From Eledone cirrhosa (lineage: Eukaryota), in NCBI GenBank assembly GCA_964016885.1, contig OZ024740.1:244590001-244654000 (forward strand): 64,000 bases of DNA, read 5' to 3'. The notes beneath the pieces are model-generated. The model was not told where the DNA came from. It saw only the letters and a program-made list of their open reading frames with translations, and did no database searches. The position numbers were made by a program, and so were the translations under genes. Positions 35,635 to 49,781 of the stretch are shown piece by piece. Numbering within the stretch: position 1 is the stretch's first letter; each line of letters begins with the position of its first letter.

Positions 35635-35700
35635 TATTTCATTATATATATTTCAGGGATAACATATTAACAATATGCTATGCCTTCCTCAGACAAAATA
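35635..35700 (-). ncRNA. Hammerhead motif (mirror of 38302-38367)
   Basis: Reverse complement of the CTGAGGA...GAAA motif. Confidence 0.7.
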
Positions 35701-36189
35701 CAATATAAACAATTTTATAGATAAATAGATTCGACATACCGTAAACAACATCTACTTGCATTTGAGAAGGTTGATTTGGTTGTGACAAAATTGTACACAG
35801 AGAGAAAGAAAGAGAGAGAGAAAGAGAGAAAAAGAGAGAAAAAAAAAAGAAAAGAAAGACAGAAAACGAAGAGAAAGAAAAAGAAGAAATGCATGGAACA
35901 AAATAGAGAGATGGAAAGATAGATAAAGAGAAGAACTTCATGTAAAGAAACAGAAAGAGATATATATATATAGAGAGAGAGAGGAAATAGAGATAGATAC
36001 ATATATAGAAAGCTAGGTAGTGGGACAACTGTTGAATAACGTATCAATGATACATTTATTTATTTATTTATTTATTTAGCTCTAGTATTAATGTAAGGGA
36101 GATATATGGAGGGAAAACCAGCTGTTATATAGGGAGAGAAAAAAAAGAAATAATAGAAAGCATTACAATAATTCCAAAGGCCAAAAAAG

Positions 36190-36878
36190 AAATAGAACTA
36201 GGAACATAATTTGGTTTGCCCCCCCCCCCCCCTTTCTCACTAAACATTAAAACCCACATCGCTAAACTATTTTTTAAAGCTCTTGATAATCGCTTCCCTA
36301 GAACACATAGATATCACTCAATTTTCAATAGACATACAATTAAATTAACCTACTCATCCACCAAAAATTTAGCACAAAATATCAATAGAATAAATAATAG
36401 GAACTTAAAACCTAGTGATAACAGCATAAATAATATACAAGTTAACAAATGTAACTGTAGAGATAGATCTAAATGTCCGTTAAATAACAACTGCTTAGTT
36501 AAAAATATAGTATACAATTGTAATGTTAATACGAACTCTAATTCTTTTAACTACGTCGGTTCCACATCGACGGAATTTAAACTTCGCTATAATAACCACA
36601 AGAATTCTTTCACAGATCCAAGTAAAAAATCTTCAACGGCACTATCAGGCGTACTATGGCAACTTAAGCTAGATAACGTTAGATATTCGACGGCTTGGAA
36701 TATAGTCTCAAGAGGGATTCCTTTTAATTCATCCTCTGAGACATGCGACCTCTGCGCAGAGGAGATATTCTTTATACTAAAATCTAAAAATTCCCTTAAT
36801 CTACGGACAAATTTATTCAGTTGTTGCAAACATAGATTAAACTCAACGTTTAAATATAAATTTAAATTTAAAATGTAG
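36190..36878 (+). pseudogene. Naiad-type PLE C-terminal fragment (thumb end, Cys linker, GIY-YIG)
   Basis: NRTRNIIWF/PPFS, CNCRDRSKCPLNNNCL, IVYNC..YVGST..FKLRYNNH, CDLCAEE, CKHR. Paralogous to 23847-25976. Confidence 0.88.
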
Positions 36879-38301
36879 TATATTTAGTTTGATTTATAAT
36901 TATATGGGAAACTAGCCGATAAATCTTTGATTCTCTTTTTACTCTTTTTATTTTTATTTTATTTATTTAAACATTCTTCATGAAAAATTAAGCTATCCTA
37001 AAAGTTGATGCTCCAAATATTTCGAATAAACGTTACACTAGATAAACTTCTATATTAAATATAAGAACACATGTAGACCAAATTGGGCATCCTATACTTT
37101 TTGAAATGATCTTTGCTAGATGCGATTTGATAGATAATTTTTGGCTTTATCTGTTTTTCGACTCTGATGTTTATAATGAACTTGGCAATATATTGTCAAT
37201 TAATTTTGAAGGGTTGATCTTTGTGATTTATTTTATTTTATTTTTATTATTGTAGTATTTCCTAATTTTTATTTTTAATATTTTTAATATGTAAATTTTT
37301 TAATATGTAATATTTTTAATATGTAATATTCTTTCGTAATATTTCTTAGTTTTCTATTTTATTATTACTTATTATTATTATTGTTATTTTTAGTTTAGTT
37401 TTGTTTCCGATATATTTTTATTTTTATTTTTATTTTTATTTTTATTTTTATTAGTATATCGAAATCTGCTCTATCTTTGCTTGATAGATAATCTTGTAGA
37501 GTAGAGACAGAAATAGTAATATTGACTCTATATACACATATATGTATACTTAAATTTTTATACCGCATTGAGAATACTTTCCGTGAACTTAGAGTTTGCA
37601 GAATTGATCATGTACATTCACATAGATGTTTGTAATTATCACATAAACATATGAATTTTTTAAAAAAACTAAACATAAGATCATTAATTTTCACACATTG
37701 TGGATACATATCTCATTCAGGAATACTGATATTTACAATGCAGAGGCTGGTTTTGTAAATACTAATACCTCTACATTAAAACAGAGGTTTTTTACGCCTA
37801 GCCTGTGTCTGGATATTTTTGAATTTTCTCTCTCTCTTTTTTTTTCTCTCTCTCTCTCTATATTTTTTCTCTCCCTATATAACAGCTGGTTTTCCCTCCA
37901 TATATCTCCCTTACATTAATACTAGAGCTAAATAAATAAATAAATAAATAAATGTATCATTGATACGTTATTCAACAGTTGTCCCACTACCTAGCTTTCT
38001 ATATATGTATCTATCTCTATTTCCTCTCTCTCTCTATATATATATCTCTTTCTGTTTCTTTATATGAAGTTCTTCTCTTTATCTATCTTTCCATCTCTCT
38101 ATTTTGTTCCATGCATTTCTTCTTTTTCTTTCTCTTCGTTTTCTGTCTTTCTTTTCTTTTTTTCTCTCTTTTTCTCTCTTTCTCTCTCTCTTTCTTTCTC
38201 TCTGTGTACAATTTTGTCACAACCAAATCAACCTTCTCAAATGCAAGTAGATGTTGTTTACGGTATGTCGAATCTATTTATCTATAAAACTGTTTATATT
38301 G

Positions 38302-38367
38302 TATTTTGTCTGAGGAAGGCATAGCATATTGTTAATATGTTATCCCTGAAATATATATAATGAAATA
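38302..38367 (+). ncRNA. Type I hammerhead ribozyme, CUGAGGA core
   Basis: ATTTTGT-CTGAGGA-AGGCATAGCATATT-gtt-AATATGTTATCCCT-GAAA-TATATA-T-A-ATGAAAT. Confidence 0.7.
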
Positions 38368-38399
38368 AATATGGCTTTATAAATATAGTTTCCATTTAT

Positions 38400-38458
<59 letters not shown>

Positions 38459-39932
38459 TTTATATATATATATACATATATATATATACACACACACAAA
38501 CACACATATATATATAAGTATATTCCCGGACAATTATGGGCGTAAGTTAAACATATTCAGCCATCAGCTTTTGTCTGAAAATGTTACTTTGTAAGTCTAA
38601 CGGCTTTTATAAAATATATAATTTACAAACCACCCGCACTTTAAATTGAATTTCCTTGGAGTAAAAACAAACATAATTTTTATTTAGCTTTAAAAATAGC
38701 TTTTAATAGGAAAGGGAAACTTTTATGATATCCCCCACGTTCAGAAACAGAATTTTCTGTTGACATAATTTAAAAATATATGTATAATAGCAACCAATTG
38801 TCTTGAAATACAATGAATTCTGTGTCGCAAGGAGTGAATTGGCAGAGTTATTAAAGGAGTCGGATAGACTGACTGTGGTATCAATTCTGGTTTCCTGTTC
38901 TCAAAGTCAAATTTACTATTCATCCCTTCCAGGTCGATAAATAAAGTACAAGTTTCCTACTTTCTCAATCCACTGCCCCTCTCTCTCTCTCGCTCTTTCA
39001 TTCATGCTTTCTCTCTTTGGACTATGATAATAATGATGATGATGATCGTATTGGTGGTGGTGATGGTGGTGATAATGATGGATCACCCGTCGGTTTCAAC
39101 GATGAGTATTCAGTTGTTCATTCAGTGGGACGTCCCACTCATTAAATTAACGTTTAATTGGTTGAGTATTCCACAGTCACTTGTAAGTCTTCATGTCATT
39201 CCCAAGCAGGATACAATATGTGACATGGCTGAAATTTTAAATTTTAGATTCAATCTATATGGCGGGCTTCCACACAGTTTCTGTCAATAATTACATTCAC
39301 AAGGCTTTGCTCAATCCAAGTCTATGGTATAACCACTTGTCTAGAAGGATCGAACTAGAAACCTCGTGATTATGAAGCGAACTTCTTAAACACTCGGCTG
39401 TTTACAGGTAGTCGTCTTTGTCACCCCGTCAATCAGTACAGTATTTGATTTCGAATCACCGTAAAGTTCAAGCCCACCGAATATACACAGTGGAAGGGAG
39501 AGAGAAAGGAGGAGCGATAGAATTGTTTGCATCTGTGTATGAATGTGTGTCTGTATGCGTGTGACTGTGTATATGCATAGATGTGTATGTGTACATGCGT
39601 ATACTATTATGTGTTTCTACTCCAGAAACCTCCCTCATAATTTTACACTCCCTTGTCTGCACATCTGGTTCAATGGGTCGTTATGTTAGTTTAGTGGAGG
39701 TCACCGCATGATTTGCCAGCGAAACATTCAAACAAGCAAGAAATGAAGAAAATAGTAACATAAAACCTGGCTAACTAAAAGTACATATAATCACGTTTAA
39801 ATAGATGGAGATAGCTTCCGGTTTGGTTTTTATGAGAACTTCTTCAGTCAAGATGTATTAATTGAAGCTACACCCAGTTATAAAACAATAGAAATATGTT
39901 TCTTAAAAATATTGTCAATGATGCCACATTAC

Positions 39933-39964
<32 letters not shown>

Positions 39965-39996
39965 TGTATGTATGTATGTATGTATGTATGTATGTA

Positions 39997-40027
<31 letters not shown>

Positions 40028-40256
40028 ATGTTCTTCTGATTTTAGAATTTCACAATTTTTTTTTCCCCAAAAAGAGAGAGTCGGTTTCTAAAATAGACAC
40101 AAGACTCTCTCATTGGAATTTACACAACATCAACTAGGTAGATTATGTATGCATGCAATGTGTAGATATGGATGTTATTGTATGTGTGGATGTGTATGTT
40201 TTGAGTTGTATGTGTGGATGTGTATATGCTTTGCATCCGTACATGTGTATATGCAG

Positions 40257-41327
40257 TTATTAGATGCAACATTTTTGGAAAGTTTTACATATTTTTACTG
40301 TTCCATTAATGGATTGTACTTGTAATTTCCTAACTAGTTGTGTTCTTTCTGTTCCTGTGAAGCCTAGCTTCTCAAGATTTGTGTTGAGGCAGTTACTAAC
40401 ATACCCCAGTGCCCCAATAATCACAGGCATAAATCTGAAGGTGTAATCAGGGTGGAGTATCTGCAGATTTCTCATCAGTTCTGCATAAATATTCTCCTTT
40501 TCGCTAATCTTTCATATTATATTGGCATCTGCTGGGCAGCTAATTTCCACTACTGTGCATGGTTTCTTCTCCTTGCCCCATATCATAATATCTGGTCTGT
40601 TATGCCTGCATTTTATTGAGGTTTTTACTGGAACATTCCACCAGTACTCTTTCATATTATGTACATGGATGTCTTCCACATTGCTGTAGCTTTTAATTTG
40701 TTTATTATCGGGGCTATCTTTTTTACGAACTGCATTGTACAGTGATTTGGCCACTACATCATGCCTCATAGGTAGATAGTACCGCGATGACATCTTTGGA
40801 CAGCTGCTGATGACATGGGTGATATCCTCGATGTTAGTTCTGCAGAGTCTGCACTTGTTATCACATCTAGGTGTTTTGCCTGCATCCCTATCTCTTTTGT
40901 GGATCAGGGATTTCGTGTGTAACTCCTGTTCTTGGATTGCGTATCCAAAAGCGTATCCTTCAAAGTGCGAGCCAATATAGCGGTTGTTGGTCCAAGATAG
41001 ACTACTTTCCTTATCTATATTACTCTCACTCTGGAGCTTCCTGGCAACATATCCATGCATGATTTTTTGCTGATAAGCATGCAGTTTTTCATCCATTGAT
41101 TCACTGCGATACTGTTGAGCGACTTCCCTGGGTGTGAGTTTTTGATTATCACACAGGAAATATCTCTCGAGGAGTTCTTTCCCAACTCTCATGATCTTAT
41201 CTGTTTCATGCAGATAGATTTGCTCGAGAAACGGGCTCCTACGCTTCGAGGTTTGTAGATGTTGTCGGAGAGATATGATGTGACATTCAAAGGTTGTCTG
41301 GACTGATGTTAAGCCATTTAATAACAA
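40257..41327 (-). mobile_element. 3' fragment of an RLE-type (R4-like) LINE, frameshifted
   Basis: AIQEQ, CRLCRTNIEDITHVISSC, RHDVVA, NRPDI..VVEISCP, PVIIGALG. Confidence 0.85.
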
Positions 41328-42934
41328 TTAAATAAATCATTATTGAGTTCGCAGCTCCAAGAGAAATGCGATTTATAATTTCGGTCTCTTCTGTAGCTAC
41401 AACTGAATAAAGTTTGTTTACCGTTCTTGTTGGTTGTTTTCGATACTTCCTTAATTTTGTTGTTGATGTTGTGTTCAGCCATGCTGTTTGTAGCAAATCC
41501 TTGTAAAATGAATTAGGTATTTAGTCGGATATCTCTACGAATTCGAATAAAAGGTGTCTTCAAAAGATATAGTTAGAAGAATAACCAGTTATTCAATATG
41601 ACTGTAGTTGTGACATTACTGTCGGAGATAGTATTCATCTTAAATTTAATAAATAGTCTCCCACGCCAAAATATGCGACTGATCGCGTTGACTGTGTGTG
41701 TGTATGAATATATGTATGTATGTACGTATGTATGTATGTACGTACGTACGTATGTATGTATGTACGTATGTATGTATGTACGTATGTATGTATGTACGTA
41801 TGTATGTACGTATGTATGTACGTATGTATGTACGTATGTATGAGGGAGCTTATAGATAGGACAACACACGCTGTCTGTTCGTGGGGTAAGTTTTTAATTA
41901 ATTTTTGTATCCTGAAACATCAAAATACAACAATGTTTTGGTCACTGGACTCGGGAATAACATGACAGAAGTTTGTGGTTGTTACACAAATATTTTCGTA
42001 TATTTTGCCAGAGCAATCCTTATTTATATTTTACATTTTACATTTACTTACATCTCAATATAACATGGCTAAAATTTAAATTTTTCAAAGAGAAGAAAAC
42101 AGACAAATGAACTAGATACATCTCACAATAACGTCTACACTCTCTCCCCACCATCACGTTTACATTTACACATGTCATTACCCTATCTAGACTAAAGGCA
42201 CCGCCCTGTTGTCAAACTCTCTACTCTGTGTATGTGTGTATATATATATATATATGTATGTATATGTGTGTATATACATCACTCAGTCAAACGACCAGGT
42301 TTCAACCCCAACATCTACAACAACAACACCGGCACTAATGTTTACAGCAACAACAGCTTCAGAATGAATTGAAATGAACATTTACAACAACAGCGGCATC
42401 AAACGATAAAAAAAACAACACAAAATAACAAAACACACACACACACAACTCAACATCAACTGCCACCACCACCACCACCATCTACCATCACCAGCCTTAA
42501 GAAAACAACAACTTTAATGATAATAATTTTTCTGCTTTTGGCGCGGGGCCGGCGATTGTTCCGACACATTACTGGTGCTCTCTTTTGTTGACTCCGTGGG
42601 GATGAGGGGCAGGGCTGGCATTGGCGGGATTTGAGCTCGGAGCGTGGAGGGCCATAGCTCTATGCTGTAAAGCAATTATAATAATACTGAACGGTAACAC
42701 GAACGGCTTCAACTATACGAACTCTTGAAAGTCAACAGTTGACATAATCTTGTAATCTTGTATCAGTAATGACGGTAATATATATATATGTGTGTGTGTG
42801 TGTGAGTAGCGTGTGTGTGTTTGTTTATATGTATGAGTGTTTCTGTGTGCGCGCGTATGTATGTGTGTGTGTGCATGCGTGTGTATGTTGACTGTATGAG
42901 TGTCAATAAGTGAGTTTTTTTTAGTTTTTTATGC

Positions 42935-43233
42935 GCGGTGACAGAAATAGTCGGGCTGGATATCCGATCGCGCAGTTAAACTACTGGGAGTGAAGAACCC
43001 CTAGCCCTTGTCAGGGCATTCTTCTAGGAGAAGGCATCTCAGGAAACTGGGTTAACTCCGACATAAAATCTACGGCTCAGTAGTTACCGATGATGTTGAT
43101 CTTTTCTTCTTTTCGGGTTATAGCTACTGCCGCTCAGAGAGTGGGATTGGCTCAGTGCACAGTCTTTCCTCACTTTAAAAATATTCGTCACGCACAGGCA
43201 TTGCACGATTGCATTAATTAATAATTATTATTA
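42935..43233 (+). mobile_element. 5' part of a structured, probably RTE-related SINE, interrupted at its (TAA)n tract
   Basis: Close match to 57090-57387. The missing 3' end reappears at 56798-56850. Confidence 0.75.
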
Positions 43234-46200
43234 ATGTTGGTGAGGCCACGCTTCTTATTGCCTCCACTTTTTTTTCAACGTTTTAACTCGTTTTCAACCG
43301 TTCTAAACCTTTTATTCAAGTTTTAAATTTGATAAAAGTTTAGAAGAAGTGACCCACCTAATACAGGGGTTCACTCGTAAATAATACGGCACCCCTTTAC
43401 GGGGTGTCGTATTTGTGTAAAAATATTTTTTGAAAAAAATTTCAACATGGATAACACAAGAAAGAGAGAGAGCGCTGTCAGACAATACAGAGAGAGGGAG
43501 ACTTTATCAGCATGTCAACAAGACAGCGTTCTAGCGGAGGTAAATATAAACGAAAATATTACGAAGTAAAAGAGGATTGTTACAGATTTAAAATTACCAA
43601 ATATTTCTAACGCAAACACACCAACAATAACACCAACAACAACACCATCAATAACAACAGCAACAACAAAAATAACAGCGGTAAAGTCGAGAACGACAAT
43701 AACAATGACAATAACAACAGCCGCAACAACAATAATAGTGGGAACAGTATCAACAAAAACAACAATAATAACAACAGCCACAATAACAGTAACAACAGCA
43801 ACAGTATCAACGAAAACAACAACAACAACAACAGTACCAACGAATACATCAACAATGACACCGATACCTGTAATAGCGACCTCAGCACTACCAGTAAGAC
43901 CAGTAGCGGCAGCAATAGTGGTGCCGCTGAAAAAGGGACCACTTCTTTTGCAGGTGTCGCTCGAAATATCGAAACAGTGTTAGTCACAGAGGAGGAGATG
44001 GCAGTCGCAAGGGCCATGGTGACAAGAAGCGCCAATAGAGTCTCCCTGAAACCTCCACCCAATTTTTTCAAGGACCAACAGCTACGGACGGTGACTTACC
44101 GCACCGTAAGCAAAATCTCACATCGGGTGGAGAGAGCCACGGAAGCTCAAATCCAAAAGGCCTTGGGGTGCGTCAGGGCACGCAAAACCCGCAGAAAGTA
44201 CGCCACAGTAGACGTACTTATCGCCCCCCCCCCAAGAAGCGAAGTCTCATTCTTTGGAAACCCTAAAGAGTGGGGAGATAGTCTTGGTGTCCTCCTCCTA
44301 CTGCGGGCAGAAAATTGTGAGGGTCAAAGTGACCCAGGTCCCACCCGACGTGCCCATACCTTGGCTGGCCGCGTCTGTCCTTGCTGGAATCGAGGACAGG
44401 ACGACCATGCTGCAAGTAGAGAAAATAGGGAGTGAGAACGGGTCAGGTATAGGCATGCAAATGCTTATACAAACTGACCAGGAATGTATCGACCCTATCC
44501 CCGATATCATAGACATCGAGGAAGGACTCCAACTCCCTATAAGCGTAGAAGGAAGACGGCCAAAATGTTATCTCTGTGGGTCGAAGGGTCACCTCAGGGC
44601 CTTTTGCCCGCAGAAGACAGCGAAGAAGAAGGCCCCTCTCCTTCCAATATCTGGTCCACTGCTACCAAGAACAGGGCAGGCAACAAACACAGAAGCCCCT
44701 TCCACGGTGAGTAGGAGGGCAACGTCCGTGGCACCCGTAATAAGGCCACGGACAACTAAAGCAGCAGCATCAGTGGCGGCAACACACGTAGCTTCATTTG
44801 AAGTAGCTGCACCAGCAACAAAATTGCCGGAGAGGGCTCCACTACCACCACCAACAGCCTTGGAGCACATACCCCTCCCAAACGCCACGGAATCCGACAT
44901 GGAGTCTGAGGCGGGAGTGAACTGGCAAACGGTCTGCCACAAAAAAAAACAAAAAAGAAAAAAAGCCTTAGCTTCACCCCCCCAAAAGTGAAGGCACACA
45001 AAGAGGAGTAAAGGCTGCAAGGAAACTTGCAGCAACACCATCACCATCACCATCACCACAACAAGCACCACCGCCAAAAACAACCACACCACCACCAGCA
45101 TCACCAAAAACACCAACAATGCAAACAAAACAAAACACACATACCAAACAGCAACAAGAAGAAAACAGCAACAAAATCACTCCTCCCCCCCCAAAAGAAC
45201 TCATACAATATATAAAGCAGTACACAGACATCACAGAAAAAAACACTACACCCCACCAACACCAATAACTCTCCCGACAAACATAAGCATCATTGAAATC
45301 TCAATAGAACAGTACAAACCTTTAACATAAAAATTCCCCAACGCAGTTGGAGACTTCAGAGGGTCGGTTACCAAGAGGATATACACTGACATCCTCTTGG
45401 AAACACCCATGACCAGCCAAAGTGACGGTTCTACTGTCCCTTCACCACACAATCAAGGTAAGTGACTCTTTCTCACTTGTCCCGTTTCTCATCCAACATG
45501 GCCGTAAACAGAATAGGCAGTATAAATGCACGTGGCCTGGGGTCATCTTGGAAGCAGGGTTACCTGCTCAACGACCTCAGGTCACTAAACATAGATGTGG
45601 TGGCATCAGTGAGACCAGAATCTCCGAAGCACAAGCCTTCACACCGGTCTTCGGCGGCTACGATGTATACGCATCTCCCAGCCGTCCAGGATCGGGGGGA
45701 GGGGTTGCCGTCCTTTTTTGGAGAGGCTTGGTTCTCGCCATACAGGCCAACTTCCTAGACCCAGAAGGTAAGTCGGTGGTGCTGGACGTGACCGGCAGCG
45801 AAGGCAATGCTTTCAGGCTAGTAGCCGTCTACGCCCCAACAGGGGCAGGACGGCCAGATTTCTTCAAACGTCTAGAGACCTTTCTTGGAACGTCCCGCTC
45901 TTTAGTGTTAGTGGGCGACTGGAACGGTATCTTGGATGCACGCTGGGATTGTGTGGGGCTAGTGGATAGGGGTGGAGGGTGCAAGAGCCTCACCAACCTG
46001 CTCAGACGTTTTGAACTGTCTAACAGGTATCGACTGGATCACCCGAATGTGCCAATGTGGACATGGACAAACCGCATCGGGTCATCCAGATCGTATCTCG
46101 ATAGGGTATTCTGCAGAGAACTAGATAAGTCTAGTATAAGTTGTCCACAATTTAAAATAGTCAACTACACAGACCACAAATTTGTGATCTGTGAGATCGA

Positions 46201-49200
46201 CATAGACAGACTTCATAGACAAGGGCCCGGTTACTGGAAGCTGAACGCGTCTTTCCCGGCGCGAAAAGCCTACAGAGACCGGATTAGCGTATTAGTTAAG
46301 CGGGCGTTGACGGGAGCGGTCATCAAAAACAGGTGGTGATTCGCCCTGAAAAGGGAAATTAAAGTAGAGTCGATTAGGTTTAGCAAAGGACTAGTGATAG
46401 AGCAAAATAGAGTAGAGGGAGAGCTAGTCAGAAAGCTAGAAGAGGCGTTTAGGACAGGCATCGCAACCGACGTTCTTGCGGCGAGATTGGCACTCGACCA
46501 ATTCTTTAACGCAAAACACGAAGGCTGCGTTGTCAGAGCTAGAGCGCGTGCTCTGAAACACGAGGGGACAAAAGCCGTCCAATGGGCCAGGGAAGCAGAG
46601 GCGCGACGTGGTAACAAAGCCACAATTCAGTCTTTGTCTGACCAAAACGGGTGCGTGTTGCTCGAACCCGAGCAGCTGTGTGAAGCTTTTCAGCAGCATT
46701 TTGCTGAACTGTTCGGGAGCAGCGGCGGGCCGGATCGGGGCATGGACTTCAGTGCATACCTCGACGGACTGGCTCGGCTCTCGACGACCGGAGCACAGTG
46801 TTGCGAAAAGCCAATAACAGCCGGTGAAATACGGGAAGCGATGGTTAACTGCACGAGGGGTAAATCGCCAGGTTTGGATGGTCTGCCCTACGAGCTTTAT
46901 GCATTTATGCCAGACTTGTTCGGTGACCTCTTGGCAGGCGTCTACTGCAACTGGCAGCAGAGACGGGTGCATTCCCAGTTTTGTGAGCCGGGGAGCGGTG
47001 GCGCTGCTGAGAAAAGACCCGAACAAAGGGGATGTTATCGATAATTTCAGGCCCATAACCATGCTAAACGCAGAGTTCAAGATTTTGGCCAAGGTGTTAG
47101 CAACGAGATTGGCGCTTGTCGTCAAGGGTCTGGTGGGAGAGGCGCATACATGCGTCATTCCGGACAGATCCATACACGACAACCTCGACCTCATGCGATA
47201 CATCATAGAGAGGGTGGTTAAGGAACCTGGCACGGGTGGGGCGCTGATCAACATGGATCAATCCAAAGCATTTGATAAGGTCGATCATCGGTACTTGGCG
47301 GCGGTCCTCAAGGCAACCGGTTTCGGCCCGTTTTCAGGGGTTGGATCGCTGCAATGTACAGCGACATCTGCTCAGTTGTGATGGTGAACGGTCACCTATC
47401 GCAGCCGTTCAGCATCATGCGCTCGGTCCGCCAGGGTTTTCCCCTCTCGTCCCTCTTGTACGTATTGGCTCTCGAGCCGTTACGCCGTTACTGCACAAAC
47501 TGGGGGCGATGAGGGGCGTCCCACACGAACTAGGATGCGGGAAATCCGAGTCGGCTTACGCCGACGACTTCACCGTCGTGGTGTCGAGTACCAGACACGT
47601 CCAGATGATCGGCACCGCTCTCAAGGAATACGAAGCGGTGACAGGAGCAAAGATAAACCAGGAAAAGTCGGTAGGTTTGCAGCTCGGCACCTGGAGAGGC
47701 AAGTCCATGCCGTCAGACAATGTAGTGGGGCGTTGGACGGACAGACCGGTTAAATTGCTCGGGGTCTGGTTCGGCTCGGACCTCTAGATGGAGAAAAGCT
47801 GGAGCGAGGTGACGAGCAACGTGACCTCCCTCACCCAGAAATGGGCCGAGAGGAAGCTGTCCCTGAAAGGCTGGGCGGAGGTGGCGAATCCGTACATCGC
47901 ATCCGTCATCTGCTACCGCATCAGCGTCGTCCCTTGCCCCGGCCCAACTCTCACCAAAATGGAACGCCTCCTCTTCCGCTTTTTGTGGAAGGGATGCGCT
48001 CCCATGGTCAGACGATCCATCTGCTGTCAACACCCGTTGCGTGGAGGACTGGGCATGCCATGGCTGATGATGCGCAAACATGCGCTGAGGCTGCGGCTTC
48101 TCTGGTGCTTCCTTGACAATGAACAGCTTGGTCGCCGTTCGACAGGCACGTTTTCCTTGACGGAGCTGCCGTCCTGGGTCAGGAAAAGACCGAGGGACAG
48201 CGCTTGGAAACTGGAATGATGTCTCCAGGCGCTCACTGCCCTCTGCCAGCTAGGCACCAGTATCGGTGGAACATCCACCTCGGCGTTCTATAGAGGACTA
48301 ATTGAGGGGAAGAGCGACGACGTTCTCGGAGAGATCCTGGGCGTCGAAGAAGATCAGCTGTTTGCTCTCTTTCGGAGAACTTTGAGCCCAGGGCCTATGG
48401 ATAACTTCCAAAAATCCCTGGCCTGGCAGTGCTACCGAGGAGCCTTGCCGGTTCGAGATAAGCTCTACAGGCGCGGAAGTGCCGTCAGCCGAGCCTGTCC
48501 GAGATGCGCGCAGAGCGACGAAACCGTCGTGCACGCACTCGTTCCGTGCCCGAGCATTGCTGATTTGTGGAGCTATGTCGAACAGTTGCTGTCGCGTGTC
48601 TGACTGATCCGGTTACCGACTGAGTCCATTGTGCAGTTGGTCTCGCCGTCTTCCTTCGAGGAGGAAGGGCAGGCGGTTTTTCATCTGCCTGGTGGCCATG
48701 GCGAAAGAGATTGTGTGGTGGACAAGGTTAAAAGGGTTAAAGACAGACACTTTCCTCTTCGGCGAATCCCTAATTAACTTTTTCAAGTTTTACTTTAAGA
48801 TGAAAATCAGGGTGGAGAGGCAAGTGCTGCTTTCTAGCAAGTTTGTTGAAAGGTGGGTGAATGTAGCGATAATGGTCCGAGTAAAGGGGACCGCTCTGAA
48901 TATACGCCTGTAGTTTGAGAAATGGAAAAATTGAGAGAGGACTCTTCCCCTGGTGGTCAGGGTGGCTGTGGTCTTTTGTGTAGTTTTCGCCACGAGTAAC
49001 CCTCGGAGGTTTCCCCCCTATTGGGGAATTTTTCATTGTTTCAATTTTCATTTTTATTGTTTATATATATATATATGTTTCTATGTCTTTGTTTTCTTTT
49101 CTTATATAAATAATAAAAATCTTTACACGCACAAAACCCACATCGTACCGTCCTGTACCGTCCTGTGCCGTCTGTAATGTTTTTCTTGATCTCAGCCCTT

Positions 49201-49222
49201 GTGGCCAATAAAGAAATCATTA
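43234..49222 (+). mobile_element. Near full-length, decayed L1/Tx1-clade LINE (copy 2)
   Basis: Fragmented ORF1 (CYLCGSKGHLRAFC) and ORF2 (start at 45498; APE, RT YADD, CPRC). 3' end AATAAAGAAATCATT. Confidence 0.9.
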
Positions 49223-49241
49223 AGTAATAATTATTAATAGT

Positions 49242-49282
<41 letters not shown>

Positions 49283-49284
49283 GT

Positions 49285-49774
49285 TCTTTGAGTCTCAGTC
49301 ATTGATGTTAGTTAACTGGAAAGTTTGTTGAAATGAATATCAAGCCACTACCTGCAGCCTCAGATATTCAGGACGTATCGGAGGGTTCCCAGCAAGCATG
49401 CCTTTTGAAGTGTTCCAAAAAGCGGGGCGGGGCCAATTTTCTTTAACCATTCCTGGAAACGTTTTGAGATAGTACCTAGTGCGCCTATGACAATCGGGAC
49501 CACTTTGACTTCATGGCAGTTCCAAATCCTTTTTACCTCCCACTTTAAGTCCTGGTATCGGTTAATTTTCTCCCTCTCCTTCTCTTGCACTCTCGTGTCG
49601 AATGGGCAGGCCACAATCAGGCACGATCTTTTTTCTTTGTCCACAACCACCAGGTCAAGTCTATTGTGTTTCAGTTTCTTGTCCGTCTGTATCCTAAAAT
49701 CCCACAGCACCTTCACCTGATCGTTTTCTATCACCGACTCTGGCTTATGCTCATACCACTTCTCAGAATGTGGT
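49285..49774 (-). mobile_element. Short 3' fragment of an R4/Dong-like RLE LINE
   Basis: VLWDFRIQTD..DLVVVDK..EKINRYQDL..PIVIGALG. Near-identical to 51456-51950. Confidence 0.88.
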
Positions 49775-49781
49775 CATTATT

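Larger units (their letters stand above)
35517..38408 (+). mobile_element. 5'-truncated Naiad-type PLE with inverted upstream pLTR
   Basis: 35595-36145 is the reverse complement of 37862-38407, enclosing a PLE C-terminal ORF fragment and 3' UTR. (TA)n on both flanks. Confidence 0.85.
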
